This document shows positions 24,299-36,047 of a stretch of 64,000 nucleotides of DNA, in pieces. The position numbers and the translations under genes are program-made. The DNA comes from Psammoneis japonica (Eukaryota), in assembly GCA_008632985.1 (NCBI GenBank), contig QPGO01000012.1:310001-374000 (forward strand), in the 5' to 3' direction. Position 1 is the first letter of the stretch. The number at the start of each line of letters is the position of its first letter. Under the pieces are notes generated by a model, which saw only the letters and a list, made by a program, of their open reading frames with translations, searched no databases and had not been told where the DNA came from.

Positions 24299-27200
24299 AT
24301 GGCGCTTCACAATGATGTGATCATGCAAAGAGTCCGTCTCAGCGCGCAGCCGGTGCTGACTCCACCGCAGTGGCCTTGGCGCGACACTTGCTGCAGCAGA
24401 AGCCAAGAGTTCGCCAACAAGCATTGCAAGCTCTGCTGATGATGGGCACGAGGACAAGACCGGGTGGGACCTCACACTGCTGGGCTGTGACACATTGACA
24501 GTTTTTTGAATGGCGCCACACACGCACATTTCTGCATGATTTTGGTGAAATTTTGTGTCATTTTGTGGCACAATGATTGTTGGGCAATCCGTTCAACAAC
24601 TTTTGACAAGTTTTCCTTCTGCGCCATTCTCAAATGTCTCAAGAGTGGCGCAGGGCAGGCAGGCATCCAAAACTTCAAGCAGGAACAGGGACACATGCAC
24701 CACAAACTTGGTGTCATTCATTTCATGTCAAAGATGAACATGTTCATTGGCCAGAGTGCAAACTGCAGAGCTTGTGCACAGAATTCTGTGGGGCAAATGT
24801 CACAAAGTCCCACCTGGGGCTGGAACGTGTCCACTGGAAAAGGACCACACAACCCATGTGCCCATTCCATGATCGAAAAAGCAATCCGTTGAGATTGACA
24901 ACAATGACAAGCTGGAGGGCATTGCTTGGGTTTCCTCATGACCACCCAAACTCATCAAAGTCATGGAGGTGAAGGAGCCTCCAAAGGATGTGAAGGCCAC
25001 CAAGAAATTTGGCTTTGTGCAAAATGGCACGGAGCTCTGCAAAGCTCATGCTGCACACAACACTCTTTTTCCACAGTGTGAACTGGCTCATTCCTGCCTC
25101 TCACAAGTGCACCCCACAGAGCAAAGAATGTGAAAAAATTGTCAAAGCAACTCGACACTGTGAAATCCAGGATCAACAGATTGCAGCATGATGTCAACCA
25201 CAAGGACACCTCCTTGCAATCCAAGAAGAACACTGTCAACAGCTTCAAATCTTTGGCGGTGGAACACAAGAAAGATGCGTTGGAAGTCAACAAACTTTGC
25301 AAGCAAGTGTCCAGCCTTGAAAAGGAACTCCAGAAGAAAGAAGCATCAGACAAAGCTTCAGTTGAACATGCAAAGATGGTGAAGAAGAGCCAAGAGCTCC
25401 AAAACAAACTTGCTCTCCAGGAAAGCAGAGCTCAGCTGTCAGAGCAAGCAGCAGAGAACAGAGCATGGCAGTCGTCCAAGCCAGCAGACAAAAGGCATTG
25501 CACAAGACAGTTCCACAGCAGCTCAATTGGGTTCATCTCAGGGGCTTGGGGTGGGGGGAGGAGCACCAGACCAACTCAAAAGTTGTTCCACAACCACTCA
25601 TCCAAAATGTTGTTGTTGCCAGCAACATGGATCTGTGCATTGTCACAAACAAGCACAGCACAAGGCTTCAAAAAGCCTGACACAATGGCCTTTCAACAGC
25701 AATGGAAAAGTCCACAGAATCATTGGCATCTTTGTTTGGACAGAAAAAGGATGGGTTGGTGGACTGGTCAACACTTCACAAGCCAACAACATTGCAAACA
25801 TTGCAAAAGTCAGAGTCCACAGCAATGGATGGCATTTCTCCTGTGAGTGGATCACATCAGACTTTTTGGTTGAATGGCTCTGTTGCCTTGAGAGATTTTT
25901 CATTGGCAAACTTGATGCACCAGTGATCAAGTTGCATGATCAATCAAAGGAATTCAATGGCTCTTTCAACATTGTCGGGTCTGAGCTGATCAACCGGGAC
26001 CAAGCTTGGTTTCCTCAAAGCAGCAGAACATGGAAAGCCACAAAGCAACACACGAGACATTGCACTTTGTGACACAAGTGATCCAGTGCAACAAAAGAGT
26101 TCCATCTGGTGGCTTTGCAGTGTTTGGGAAGGGTTCTTGCGACAAAGTGCAATCAAGCAAACAGTGTTGTCCAAGCCAAGTGTCGGTGCTCCTGCCCCCC
26201 TCTGTGTCTCAAAGGCTTTTGACAGTGAGGGTCAACAAGCCCCTCTTGACTCTGAAGCTCCACGACAACCTTCTTGGCCTGCTTGTCCCTGACTTTTGCC
26301 ACTCATCCAAAAGCTCCACACATGACGGCTCCAGCCCATCCTTGTTGCAGTCACACAGCTCCTCGCACTTCTTCACCAATTCTGTCTTCTTCAGGAAGTT
26401 GCAGGGTGTGCCATTTTGATGCAAACTGCCATTTGCATTGTGGGACAGTCCCAAGGTGGTGATGGCATGCAAAGAAATGTGCCAGTCACAGTGTCGCCCC
26501 TTCAAAACAACAAGAAAAAACAGCACTATTTGTGCAGACAATGCTGGTGTCTTGCCAACAAATTTAAAAGTTTTGAAGCAACGGTGTTGATGTTGAAAAA
26601 AGTGACAAACAATGACGGCCTTTGATGGAGAGAAAGAAAGGCCGCATTGTGGCAAAAAATGGCAAATGACCGCCATGGAGGCAGAACTCGCCCTTGGTTG
26701 TCAAGACCAAAAGAGCCGCAGCGACGTGCAGGAGCTGCACAAAAAAAGGCACTCGAGTGGTTGTGCACGATGAATGACAGGTGTCTGTTGGGGCTTCATT
26801 GCACCCAATGAACTGTTTGTGCAATCAGCACTGGCTCTGCTGGGGAATTTGTGATGCCTCCCTCCTGTGAGGATTTGAGTGCCACCAAAAAATGTCATTT
26901 GGCAGTCCGTGCTCCAGACACCTGTGAAAGCCCGTCTGCACAGGCATTTTGCTTCAGCGCTTTTCACTCAGAAGCAACACATGTCATTTGTGTTTAAAGT
27001 GGAGCGTCATTTTGTGCATCACCTGGGGCTGCAGCACATCAGAGAGGCCACAAAAATGCATCAATGATGAAGAAGGGTGCTCCTCTCTTTGCACTTTTTA
27101 GAGCTCTTTTCTCCCAAATCACCAACAATGCCTGGTGATCACCCAACAGCGAGAGGGCATTGCCCAACTGCCAGACCCATGTGGGAGCTCTCTTCAAAAG

Positions 27201-27975
27201 AGCACACAAGCTCATTTTTTCTTCAAGGCATCAGAGCACAGTGTGGTGTCACCTGTTTGTTCCCACTCCTCCCCTTGTGTTTTCTGGAGGTTTTTGTCAC
27301 AGAGCACAGGTGGCATGAACCACAAGGCAAGCCAAAGAGCTCCCCACAGACTGGCTGCAGTGGAAAACATGTGTGCTTGCAAGAAAGAGTGAGAAGAAGA
27401 TCTCAGAGAGATCATTGTGTCACCTGCCTGCACACAAGCCAACTGTGGCAGATTGCATCCTTGCTGTGCAGGGATGGCAAAGCAACACCATTGCTTTGCA
27501 GTGCTTGCTCATTTGAGTTTGTTTTCTGCCTGTTCCATTGAAGCAAAGCAGCACCAGGTTTCAAGAAAGAAGTTTAACAACATGTTTAATTGTCAGATTT
27601 TTGGCAGTCTTGCACCATGATTCTGTCGAGTTTGGCGGTGCGTCGACTGTTTTGAACCGTCTTTGCCTGCCGAAGACACTTTATTGACGCATCCTCCGAC
27701 TCGCACATTTAATCACGTGCAGACAGGTGGCCACATGGCCACTGCGCTGGACTCATCTATTTAGGTTGAGCGCATTTTGCAGATAAATTGTGACAGCATC
27801 ATCATACTTTCTTCTACTGCCTTTACTTTTATTCCCCTCTACTCCAGAGCTGCTTCTAGCATCGGAACGGAGGATGCCCAACAAAGACCCCCTGGCAAAC
27901 GATCATGTCTCGACAAGCGGCCCTAACAGAGGTGGTCACGAGGCAAGTTTGGCGGAAGCTACAGGAGCATTAGGT
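24299..27975. repeat. TpA-depleted spacer of the tandem unit between copies 2 and 3
   Basis: Nearly identical to 50300-53998; lacks ~0.39 kb present at 49915-50300. Confidence 0.92.
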
Positions 27976-29521
27976 TCATGCACCGTTGATACATGCTGCG
28001 ATAGTGGACTTAATTTTCGAGTGACGAACAGTCAAAAGGTCAATGCCGAGGAGCACCAAGCTCGCGCTCCCACTGTCTTTGTGCTCTTTGCATAGTTCCG
28101 AGAGCTTAACAATGGTTGTCTGTCGGCGATAATCAAAAGCCTTGTCGCCTTTTCCAAGTCCCGCCTTGAACTCAGGCCATGGCACTGGGTTTTGTTCACG
28201 CAACGCACACACCGTAAAAAGCAAGGATGCAATGTCATGCGTGGCTGAGGGCTTCCAGGACTGTGTGTTAGCCTTACCGTTGACCCGCTCGACGAACGTT
28301 CTTGACCTCTTTGATCAACGAAATTTCCTGATTCAGCAGCACAGGTGTGAACGGATTGAGGTGGTTGGACTCAAAGTCGACAAATCGTTTCGGACCCAAC
28401 TGAGATGGAGGCATGTAGCGCTCGCGTCGTAGGTCGGATCGGCCATGCAAAGAGCCACCGCTGTCTCGAATCTGAGATAAGGCACGGAAAAGTGCACCAA
28501 GGATCGGCTGGACAGCATCTTTCTCTGTCGCAACGGCAGTCGGGAAATATTTTTTAGAAAAAAAGTGCTCGGGCTTTTGGTCTGCCCACTCAAGGATCGC
28601 CTTTACAGTGTTGTTGACAAGTGCAGGCCTTTTTTTGAACGCCTTGGCGTCGACCTTCGTTGACTTTTCGACCAGACGGCACCAAGCCTTGGAAAAGAGT
28701 TCAAGTTCATCGGTTTGTTGGGGTGCTTTTGATGGCCACCATGGTTGAATTTGTTCGGACGACCCGAGAAAGTTATGCAGGTTTTCTTGTGACTTTGATG
28801 GACTCGGTATGTGCAGGCCTCGCATCATTTCGCGATAGTCGCTGTCGGATATCTCGTTTTCATCATCTATTGTACGCGTCCCCGTTTCAGTTTTGTTCGA
28901 AAAAGCAGCATATGCTTTCAAATCATCGCGAATTTCTTTGATTTTGTTGCATATTTCGTCGATCGGCATTCGGCACGTTTTGGAATACAAACGATAAACA
29001 GCCAGAGCCCAGTAAGACGGGGACTCCTTCATTATCTGATGGTTTTCGTTGACCCAGTTCTGCAAAGGAGACACGTCAAGGCCGAGATAAGTCGGTGATG
29101 AAGGTCCAAGTGGGCCTCTACGCAGCGTTTGAAGAAGCTCCTCGGCACTTTCCGGAGTTGGCGCTTCTTCGGATGCCACCTGGTCGATTGCCGCAAGAGT
29201 TTCACGAGCAGTCTCCTGTCTATTTTTCCAAACCGCCAGCGTTCCGACCATTTTACGCTCCTCCAATTCATTGAGAAACATAATGCTGCTGCTCACCCCC
29301 GATGTAACCACGCCCGCTTCGTCGGCTTTGCGCTTCCTCGCCGTCGCATTAGCAGCAACATGACCGTTACTCGGACGATGATTGGTTGAATTCGCAGCTG
29401 CGTCGTCGCCGTTGCCCGCCGCTACGCTGCCACTGGACGGTTCTATTTGCGCCGCCGCTGAGGCGGCCGTTGGCGCTGCTTCCTGGGGAAATGAAGAATC
29501 CACAGGCTGGATCATGGCCAT
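27976..29521 (-). pseudogene. REase+kinase gene copy 3, ~0.97-kb internal deletion
   Basis: Junction ccttaccgt|tgacccgctc at ~28280 joins sequences ~970 bp apart in copy 5 (54303/55272), removing the kinase N-lobe and catalytic loop; leaves a 415-aa ORF. Confidence 0.9.
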
Positions 29522-30883
29522 GGTTTAATGGCCCTGCAGTAGGGCTACCGAAATGGAAGAATCATCGGCAATGGAGTAGACTCCTAGTAGAGGGCCCTAC
29601 CGTATAAAACGTGTAGGATTTATCTACTGGAATTTCTGTAGGATTTGACACACTGTAAGGATTCGACAATGTGCGCCGCAAATTCCAATCTGGCATAGTC
29701 CTAGACTGCCGCGCCAAGAACCACTAAGAAGAAACTTGGCATTAGCATGCTTAGGAGTCTCATAGAGTAGAGCTTTCGGTAATACTCTGCTCCGTACAAG
29801 GGGGGTTGGGTAAACCCATACCCTCCGCAGGGTCTCGAGTCTGAACTCGAGGGCTCGCGAATGGGGCCTGCTGGGATCTGCTCAGGGCGCTCCCGGCTGA
29901 ACCTAGACCAAGGCACCTTCGGCATTTCGCAACGTCGGTGCCTTGCACAAGGTGAGTTTCAAACCGGGACCGCAGGCAATGCCAGACGCTATTTTCTTGC
30001 ATTCGTAGTCGCGCATCATCATGAGCAGGTCGTGGCAGGCACCCTTCTAGACTTCACCGGCAGACTCCCGTGGTCGAACCAGTGAAGTTGAGCACAAATC
30101 CAGGGAGTGGTGGGTGGGTTGCAAAAAGAAGCTTTTCCACTGCTTTGACATGATCCAGTCACGTTGATCAGGGTTCCTGTCTCAACAAAGAATGGAAAAG
30201 TGACAAGAAGAAAACCGATGAGTTTGACTGGCCACAATGACCAGGCATCTTGGTCCAGGAGCACCCGCTCCTGGAGAGGGCACAAGTCTAAGGTCTTGTC
30301 AGTTGGGGAGTCTTGCATCGCACGGTGCGTCTCCATCTAAACTTGGGCACGAGGAGGATTCGACATTGTGCGCCGCCAATTCCAATCTGGCACAGTCCCA
30401 GACTGCCACGCCAAGAGCCACTGAGAAGAAACTTGGTGTTAGCGTGCTCAGGAGTCTCACAGAGCAGAGCTTTCGGCAATGCTCTGCTCCGCACAAGGGG
30501 GGTTGGGTAAACCCATGCCCTCCGCAGGGTCTCGAGTCTGAACTCGAGGGCTCGCAAATGGGGCCTGCTGGGATCTGCTCAGGGCGCTCCCGGCTGAACC
30601 CAGACCAAGGTGCCTTCGGCATTTCGCAACGTCGGTGCCTTGCACAAGGTGAGTTTCAAACCGGGACCGCAGGCAACGCCAGACGCTGTTTTCTTGCATT
30701 CGCAGTCGCGCGTCATCATGAGCAGGTCGTGGCAGGTGCCCTTCTAGACTTTGCCGGCAGACTCCCGTGGTCGAACCAGTGAAGTTGAGCACAAATCCCC
30801 CCCGATGAGAACTCCCCGGCAGTGGCCACCTGAAGAAAAGGTCTTGAAACTTGAGCAGTCGGAATCGAGTTGATGGTGTTGAC

Positions 30884-32548
30884 TCACATTTCCTGTGTGC
30901 ATCTCAAGAAAGAAGGGAGTGGCAGTGACATGTCAGCACAGTGCTGTCTCATCTTGTGTGCAGGTCTCGCCGCACCAGCTCGTTCCTTCTTCTTCCATCG
31001 ATTCACCACATCCATGTCATCTTCTGACACGTTTCGAGAAATGGCTCGGGAATTGGACCCCCGTCTAAATGACCTGCACACGTCGCACTTGTCCTCGATG
31101 TCGTCATGGGAGGTGATGTCAGTTCCAAACAAAGCCGGGTGGTCGTCAAACAGCTCTGACAAAACAAGGTGAAGGAGGGAGTTTAGGTCCCCAGTGGGAA
31201 TTGCCTTGCCCTCGGCATCAGATGTGGCGGGTCCTCGGGTGCGTCCTCTTGAAGCATGCAATGACACGACCGATTGGGCCCACTCGCGGATCCGGATGCC
31301 GGATCCGGTGACATTCACACTTGGCAGCAGGTGCTGCCGCTCCCCGTGTTCTCCCTTAACTCGACCAAGCAACGGGATCACCACGTGCGAAGCGTGGCGA
31401 GGGAGGTGCTCCCTCAGAGCCCCTGGATCAACAAGCAGCCCTTCGGGACCTCGGAGGGAGAGCGCGAAGCTTGCCGCAAAGCAGAACCCACCCGTCAAGT
31501 GTTTGAACTGGTCCCCAACGGTTGTGGCTCGGAGGAATTTTTCTTCGATCCTTGGAAGGAGGTGTTGCATGATCTGGGCTGAAATGGCCCTGTCGGGTCT
31601 CCAGTCCTGACCCATTCGCCTCTTGCATCCCGTCATGAACCTCTGAAACCACAAAGAGGCACACGGATCCTCGCACATCCGGAGGCATTGCTTCCCCTCG
31701 AGATCTGCCAAGGCAAGAGCTCGTGAATTAGCTGACGCTGATGCCCTCACCTGGTTGGAGCATGCAGTCCGGAGCTTCCTGATTGTGTCGAACTGTGTGT
31801 GGGACTCCGAGTGCCGTCCCGGAGAGGTCGAGGCCAAGACGATCTGCATTGCAACCTCGCAACCACAATGGTCATATGGAGGGAGAGGGCCTGGTTCTAG
31901 GTGGGGGCCGTGAAGCCCCAACCGTTCCGACAGAGCCAATCCCCGCCCCACCTTGGAGGCGTTGTTTTCCACCGCAGAGCTTTCTCTGCTCCAGAACGCG
32001 TCCAAGTTAACTCGTCTGATGCACGCCAGTGCCATCTCGTCACGTGGAGAAGAGGTTCCCGGGTCTCTGTGATGCAACTTGTGAAAGATGCAACAATCGC
32101 ACTCGAAGGCTGCCATCAGATGGTCTCCTGTTCGCGCTCGGGTGAACTTGTGTTCGTCCTGGGGCTTCCGAAACCATGTGTTGTCCTCGATCCGGGCGGC
32201 ACCCTCAACGGCTTGCGCTTCTTCGTCATTTTGTTGGTCGGGTTGAAGAATCCCGCCCAGATGGAAGGTCACGCTTGCGCTCGAAGTGTGACACCCGGGA
32301 CACCAAGCCTTGCGGCACGCGGGCCAGTCCCGGACACTGTGCACAAAATTTGAGCAAAACAGTCCGCGAGTCCACTTCAACATCCTCCCACACTCTTTGC
32401 AGCGTCTGGTCCATAGAGCACATCTTAGGGGTTCCTCGGAGCTGCCACGGACTGTGTGAGATGAAGGGAAAAACAAGACCAATGAGAAGGGGTTCGAACA
32501 TGTTGTCAGGCCAAAAGGGCCCTGCTCCAGCCGGCACCGGAAACACAA
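30884..32548 (-). pseudogene. Tyrosine recombinase of the YR retrotransposon (catalytic Tyr apparently mutated)
   Basis: SLRGPEG (first Arg), RVKGE (Lys), RSFRRGS (HxxR equivalent), NRW, and MRQHCAD where a Tyr is expected; overlaps the pol 3' end as in DIRS-order elements. Confidence 0.85.
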
Positions 32549-34905
32549 GGTCTGCTGCCTTGTACAATTGCTTTTGCCACTCAGGGGTCATGAGGCGGGG
32601 ACACACAAAGACGTGAAATGAGCTCTGACGCTTGAGCCGGGCAATTCTCAGTTCCTCGAGTGCTGTCCTTGCCGCGGCTGGGGGAGGCGCCCACACCCAA
32701 GTCCCCGACCTGAACTCGGGCATCTCGACTGCTTCGTAAGGCGGGCAGGTCCACCCAGATACATCATGTCCCTTCTGGTGCCAGTCGAGGGGCGAGAGTA
32801 GTTCTGCCGCGGGCGCTCCCGTCCAGGAACGTATCCACTCTAACAGCAAGGGGGCTCGCTCGGTTGCGGCAAGGTGAAGAGGAACGAAGGAGAGCATGCT
32901 GGCCCCATTCACAACCCCTTCTGTCAGCACACCTCGTGACACACCATCTGTGCCCTGGGCTGTCATCCGTTTGCCCGACACATGGACAAGGTGCAGAATG
33001 AAGCCGCACTTGGCTTCGAGCACCCTCATCCGAATCACCTGTTCCAGGAGCTTTGGGTTAGATGAGGTTCCTTTATGCACGGCGATTTCAGAGACTGAGT
33101 TGTCAGTGAAAAAACAGAGGGTGGCTCCTTCGAGTTCGCCCGCTTCGGCCAGTTCCTGGATCGCATCAATTGTGTTTGATGGCTCTTTCCAATTTGAAGA
33201 GTTTGACTGGTCGTCATCACCCCAGACACCAATCCGGAACAGGATTGCACCGTCCCTGGTCTGAATCGAGGATCCCAGACCTTTGCCAGACGTGTCGCCA
33301 AAACCACACAGGACCACCGCCACCTCAGACGATCGGACAACCCTTGCTGTTGGTTTTTCGGGCTCGAGAATTCGTTGCAGTGCTTTCAAATCTGAAGCCA
33401 AACGTGGCACTCCCCGAACAGACTCAGGGTGCTGGCCATCACGAAGGGTCTCGGCGATGTCGCATGGATCGACATCAAGCTTCGCCGCTTCATGATGAAT
33501 CCATGATGCGTGTTCCTTGTCAGACATGGCCCACCCGTCCTCCTTCCGGTTGGGACGCCAACTGTCCAAGGTTAAGTGGATCCCTTTGAGGAAGGGGGTT
33601 GGGAAAGGGCAGGTCATGGCCGCATGAACTAGAAAACCACGCTTCCTCTCGAGGTCCTTGAACTCAAATTCCGGGAGGGCCAATTCGTCCACCCCGTCGT
33701 AGTGCCCCAGGAGGGACTCGATGATGCCCTTGGCCTTGTCCCACTTGGCTTGAGAAAGTGATTGAGTGACATTCGGGCCAAGGACGCAAAAGATTGCCCC
33801 CGCCCAGGCACCAGTCTCTCGCTGCGAAGGTGGGCGGACCTTACGAGGGGCGTTCTGGAGCCCAAGGTGTTGAAGGCGGGACGCCATTTGATGGGCCACC
33901 TGCCAAGCCGCCTCTTCACTGGGTCCCATGCCTCTCAAGTCGTCGACGAAGGTTTTGATGTCACCGGCAATGGCCCTTGAAACAGAGTTCCATTTGATTA
34001 CGAAGGGGTCCTGAACTCTGTAATTTGGGTCTCCTGGTGGGTTGAGTAAGACTTTGTCGAACCCCATTGGATTTCCAGGGCGGTTGGGGTCGCCACGCGC
34101 CACTTCGTCCGCCCCAGCAGCATGTTCGCACCGCGTCATAAGGGCTGGGCTTCATCCCCATAAAAAGTCTGTTCCACCGTTCCACGCCGACTGGAGATGC
34201 GTTCCCCGTCGGACGTGGGAGATGAGCTCGAAGCGGTGATAAGTCGATCCCGGCATGCGGACGAATTTGGGGATCCATGAAAAAATTTAAGAACATGTCC
34301 CCGAGACCCAAGTCAATGGAAAATGTAGAGACAGTCATGCAGCCAAGCACCAACGCCGCAGTGGGAAGGAAAAAGGAGGGGGCCCACAGAGCGTCATTGA
34401 GACCAGAAGAGGTGCCGTTGCACACCATTCTAATGTCTTCGATCACTTCCTCCATCCTTCCGTCCCCACCTGGGATCAGGGACACAGTCTTGGGCACCCA
34501 GAAGCAATCGGTGAGGCTTGTCACTGGGCCAATTTCTATGCAGCCATGGTCCCGGACCTTCTGAATCTTGGTTGCCATGCGCTGAACCTCAACGGTCAAG
34601 CCACGAACGCGCTGCCGCTTGCGGTTCCGGGGAAGGGTGCCCCGGACAAATGTGGGGAGTCCATCCCGGGCCGCCTGGCGTCGCTCGGGCAAGGGCCAAC
34701 GCCAAAAGAAAAGAGACGACCCCCGGTCCCAGTTCCACCAAGAACTTGCCAAAGTCTGAGAGAGAACGTCAGCGCCAAGGTGCCCGTCCAACAACAAGGA
34801 TGGGAGCGGTGGATCGCGGTGCAACCCCCCCCCCCCGATGACTCGACAAGGAGCCCCCGAACTGCCGCCGCCAGTTCCCCAGCCAAGAGGGCCAATCAAG
34901 GCCAT
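32226..34905 (-). pseudogene. pol: RT-RNase H(-methyltransferase-like) pol of the YR retrotransposon, frameshifted
   Basis: IRMVCNGT..SIDLGLGDMFLNF, RLFMGMKPSP, TFVDDL (RT); FGDTSGKG..SSNWKE..FTDNS..TDGVSRG (RNase H); WVWAPPPAA..FVCPRL..W resembles the degenerate MT-like domain of DIRS elements. Confidence 0.85.
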
Positions 34906-36047
34906 GAGTCTGCCGCAAATGCGCCAAGAAGGAGCGTGTCAATCGCCGCCGCCACCAACGAAGAGCGAGATCTCGCAGAGCTGGGAGGGCAGGCCCAAAC
35001 GTGGGAAACAAAAGAGTCACACGCTTGTCCCACAGGCGAAATGGTGGCAGTGCAGAGTCACCTTTTGCCGCCTTGGCAGCAACAAGAGTCAGATCAATCC
35101 ACTCATGAGATGGGTGTCTACCCAAGCCCGGCAACCAAGTGGCAGTTGCCGGCGCACGAACCGAGCCCGACTTGTGTGCCGGGACCGGTGCTGGGATTTC
35201 CGACGCACCCCGAGAACGTTGCACAATGAAATGGTCCATCACAGCAGTGAGCAGATTGAGCGGGATCAACAGTCTCAAAGTCTCCCCAGATGCCAGAGGC
35301 AAAAGGTCTTGGGTCCGAAATCAGAGAGGGAAGTCCCAAGCGGCCAGGAGTTCATCCGTGCTCAAACTCCTTAAAATCCACCCCGTGTGAGATCGATGAG
35401 ATTGGTGCAACACAGGCCGGTGGGGGAATTGAGGGCTCAAGTGATCACCTTCCTTGTAGACTGCATCCAAAGGATCTGGGGAACCAGCCGGTCCCTCCAG
35501 CTTGCAGTCAATGACATGCCCAATGGTGCGGTCCAACCCACGAACAGAGGCAGGGAGTGAGGCACCAATGCTGAACAGAGACGTCCGAAAGGATGTGACG
35601 CCACCAACCCCCGTGTGGGTGAGGGCAGCGCCCAGCAGGTGTTGCAAGCCCTTCAAGCTTCATCTCGAAAAAACGTCCGACTGGGGCCAAGTACATGGGG
35701 GACTCGCAGTCCAAACGAGAGATCCGCTCCAAAAACGCTGGGTCCCCAGAGACTGGCACGACGTCGCTAGATTTGGACGCCTCGGCAATGCAGGTCGATG
35801 AGATGCGCTGGAGGGATGCACCCGGTTGGGTTTCAAATGGATTTATGACAACACTCTCCAACAGAGTTGGGACTTCATTGTCGCAACACAAAACGACACG
35901 GGGCCATTCGGAGCACCTTAGAGACAAGAGCCAAATGGGGGGGCCGGTGCAAACAATCAAACAAGACCCGTGGAAGGAAAAAACTTTCCGCCCGTGAACA
36001 ACGAGCCCTCTCCTTTCACCCGGCGGCACCTCCTCCCCCACCAAATT

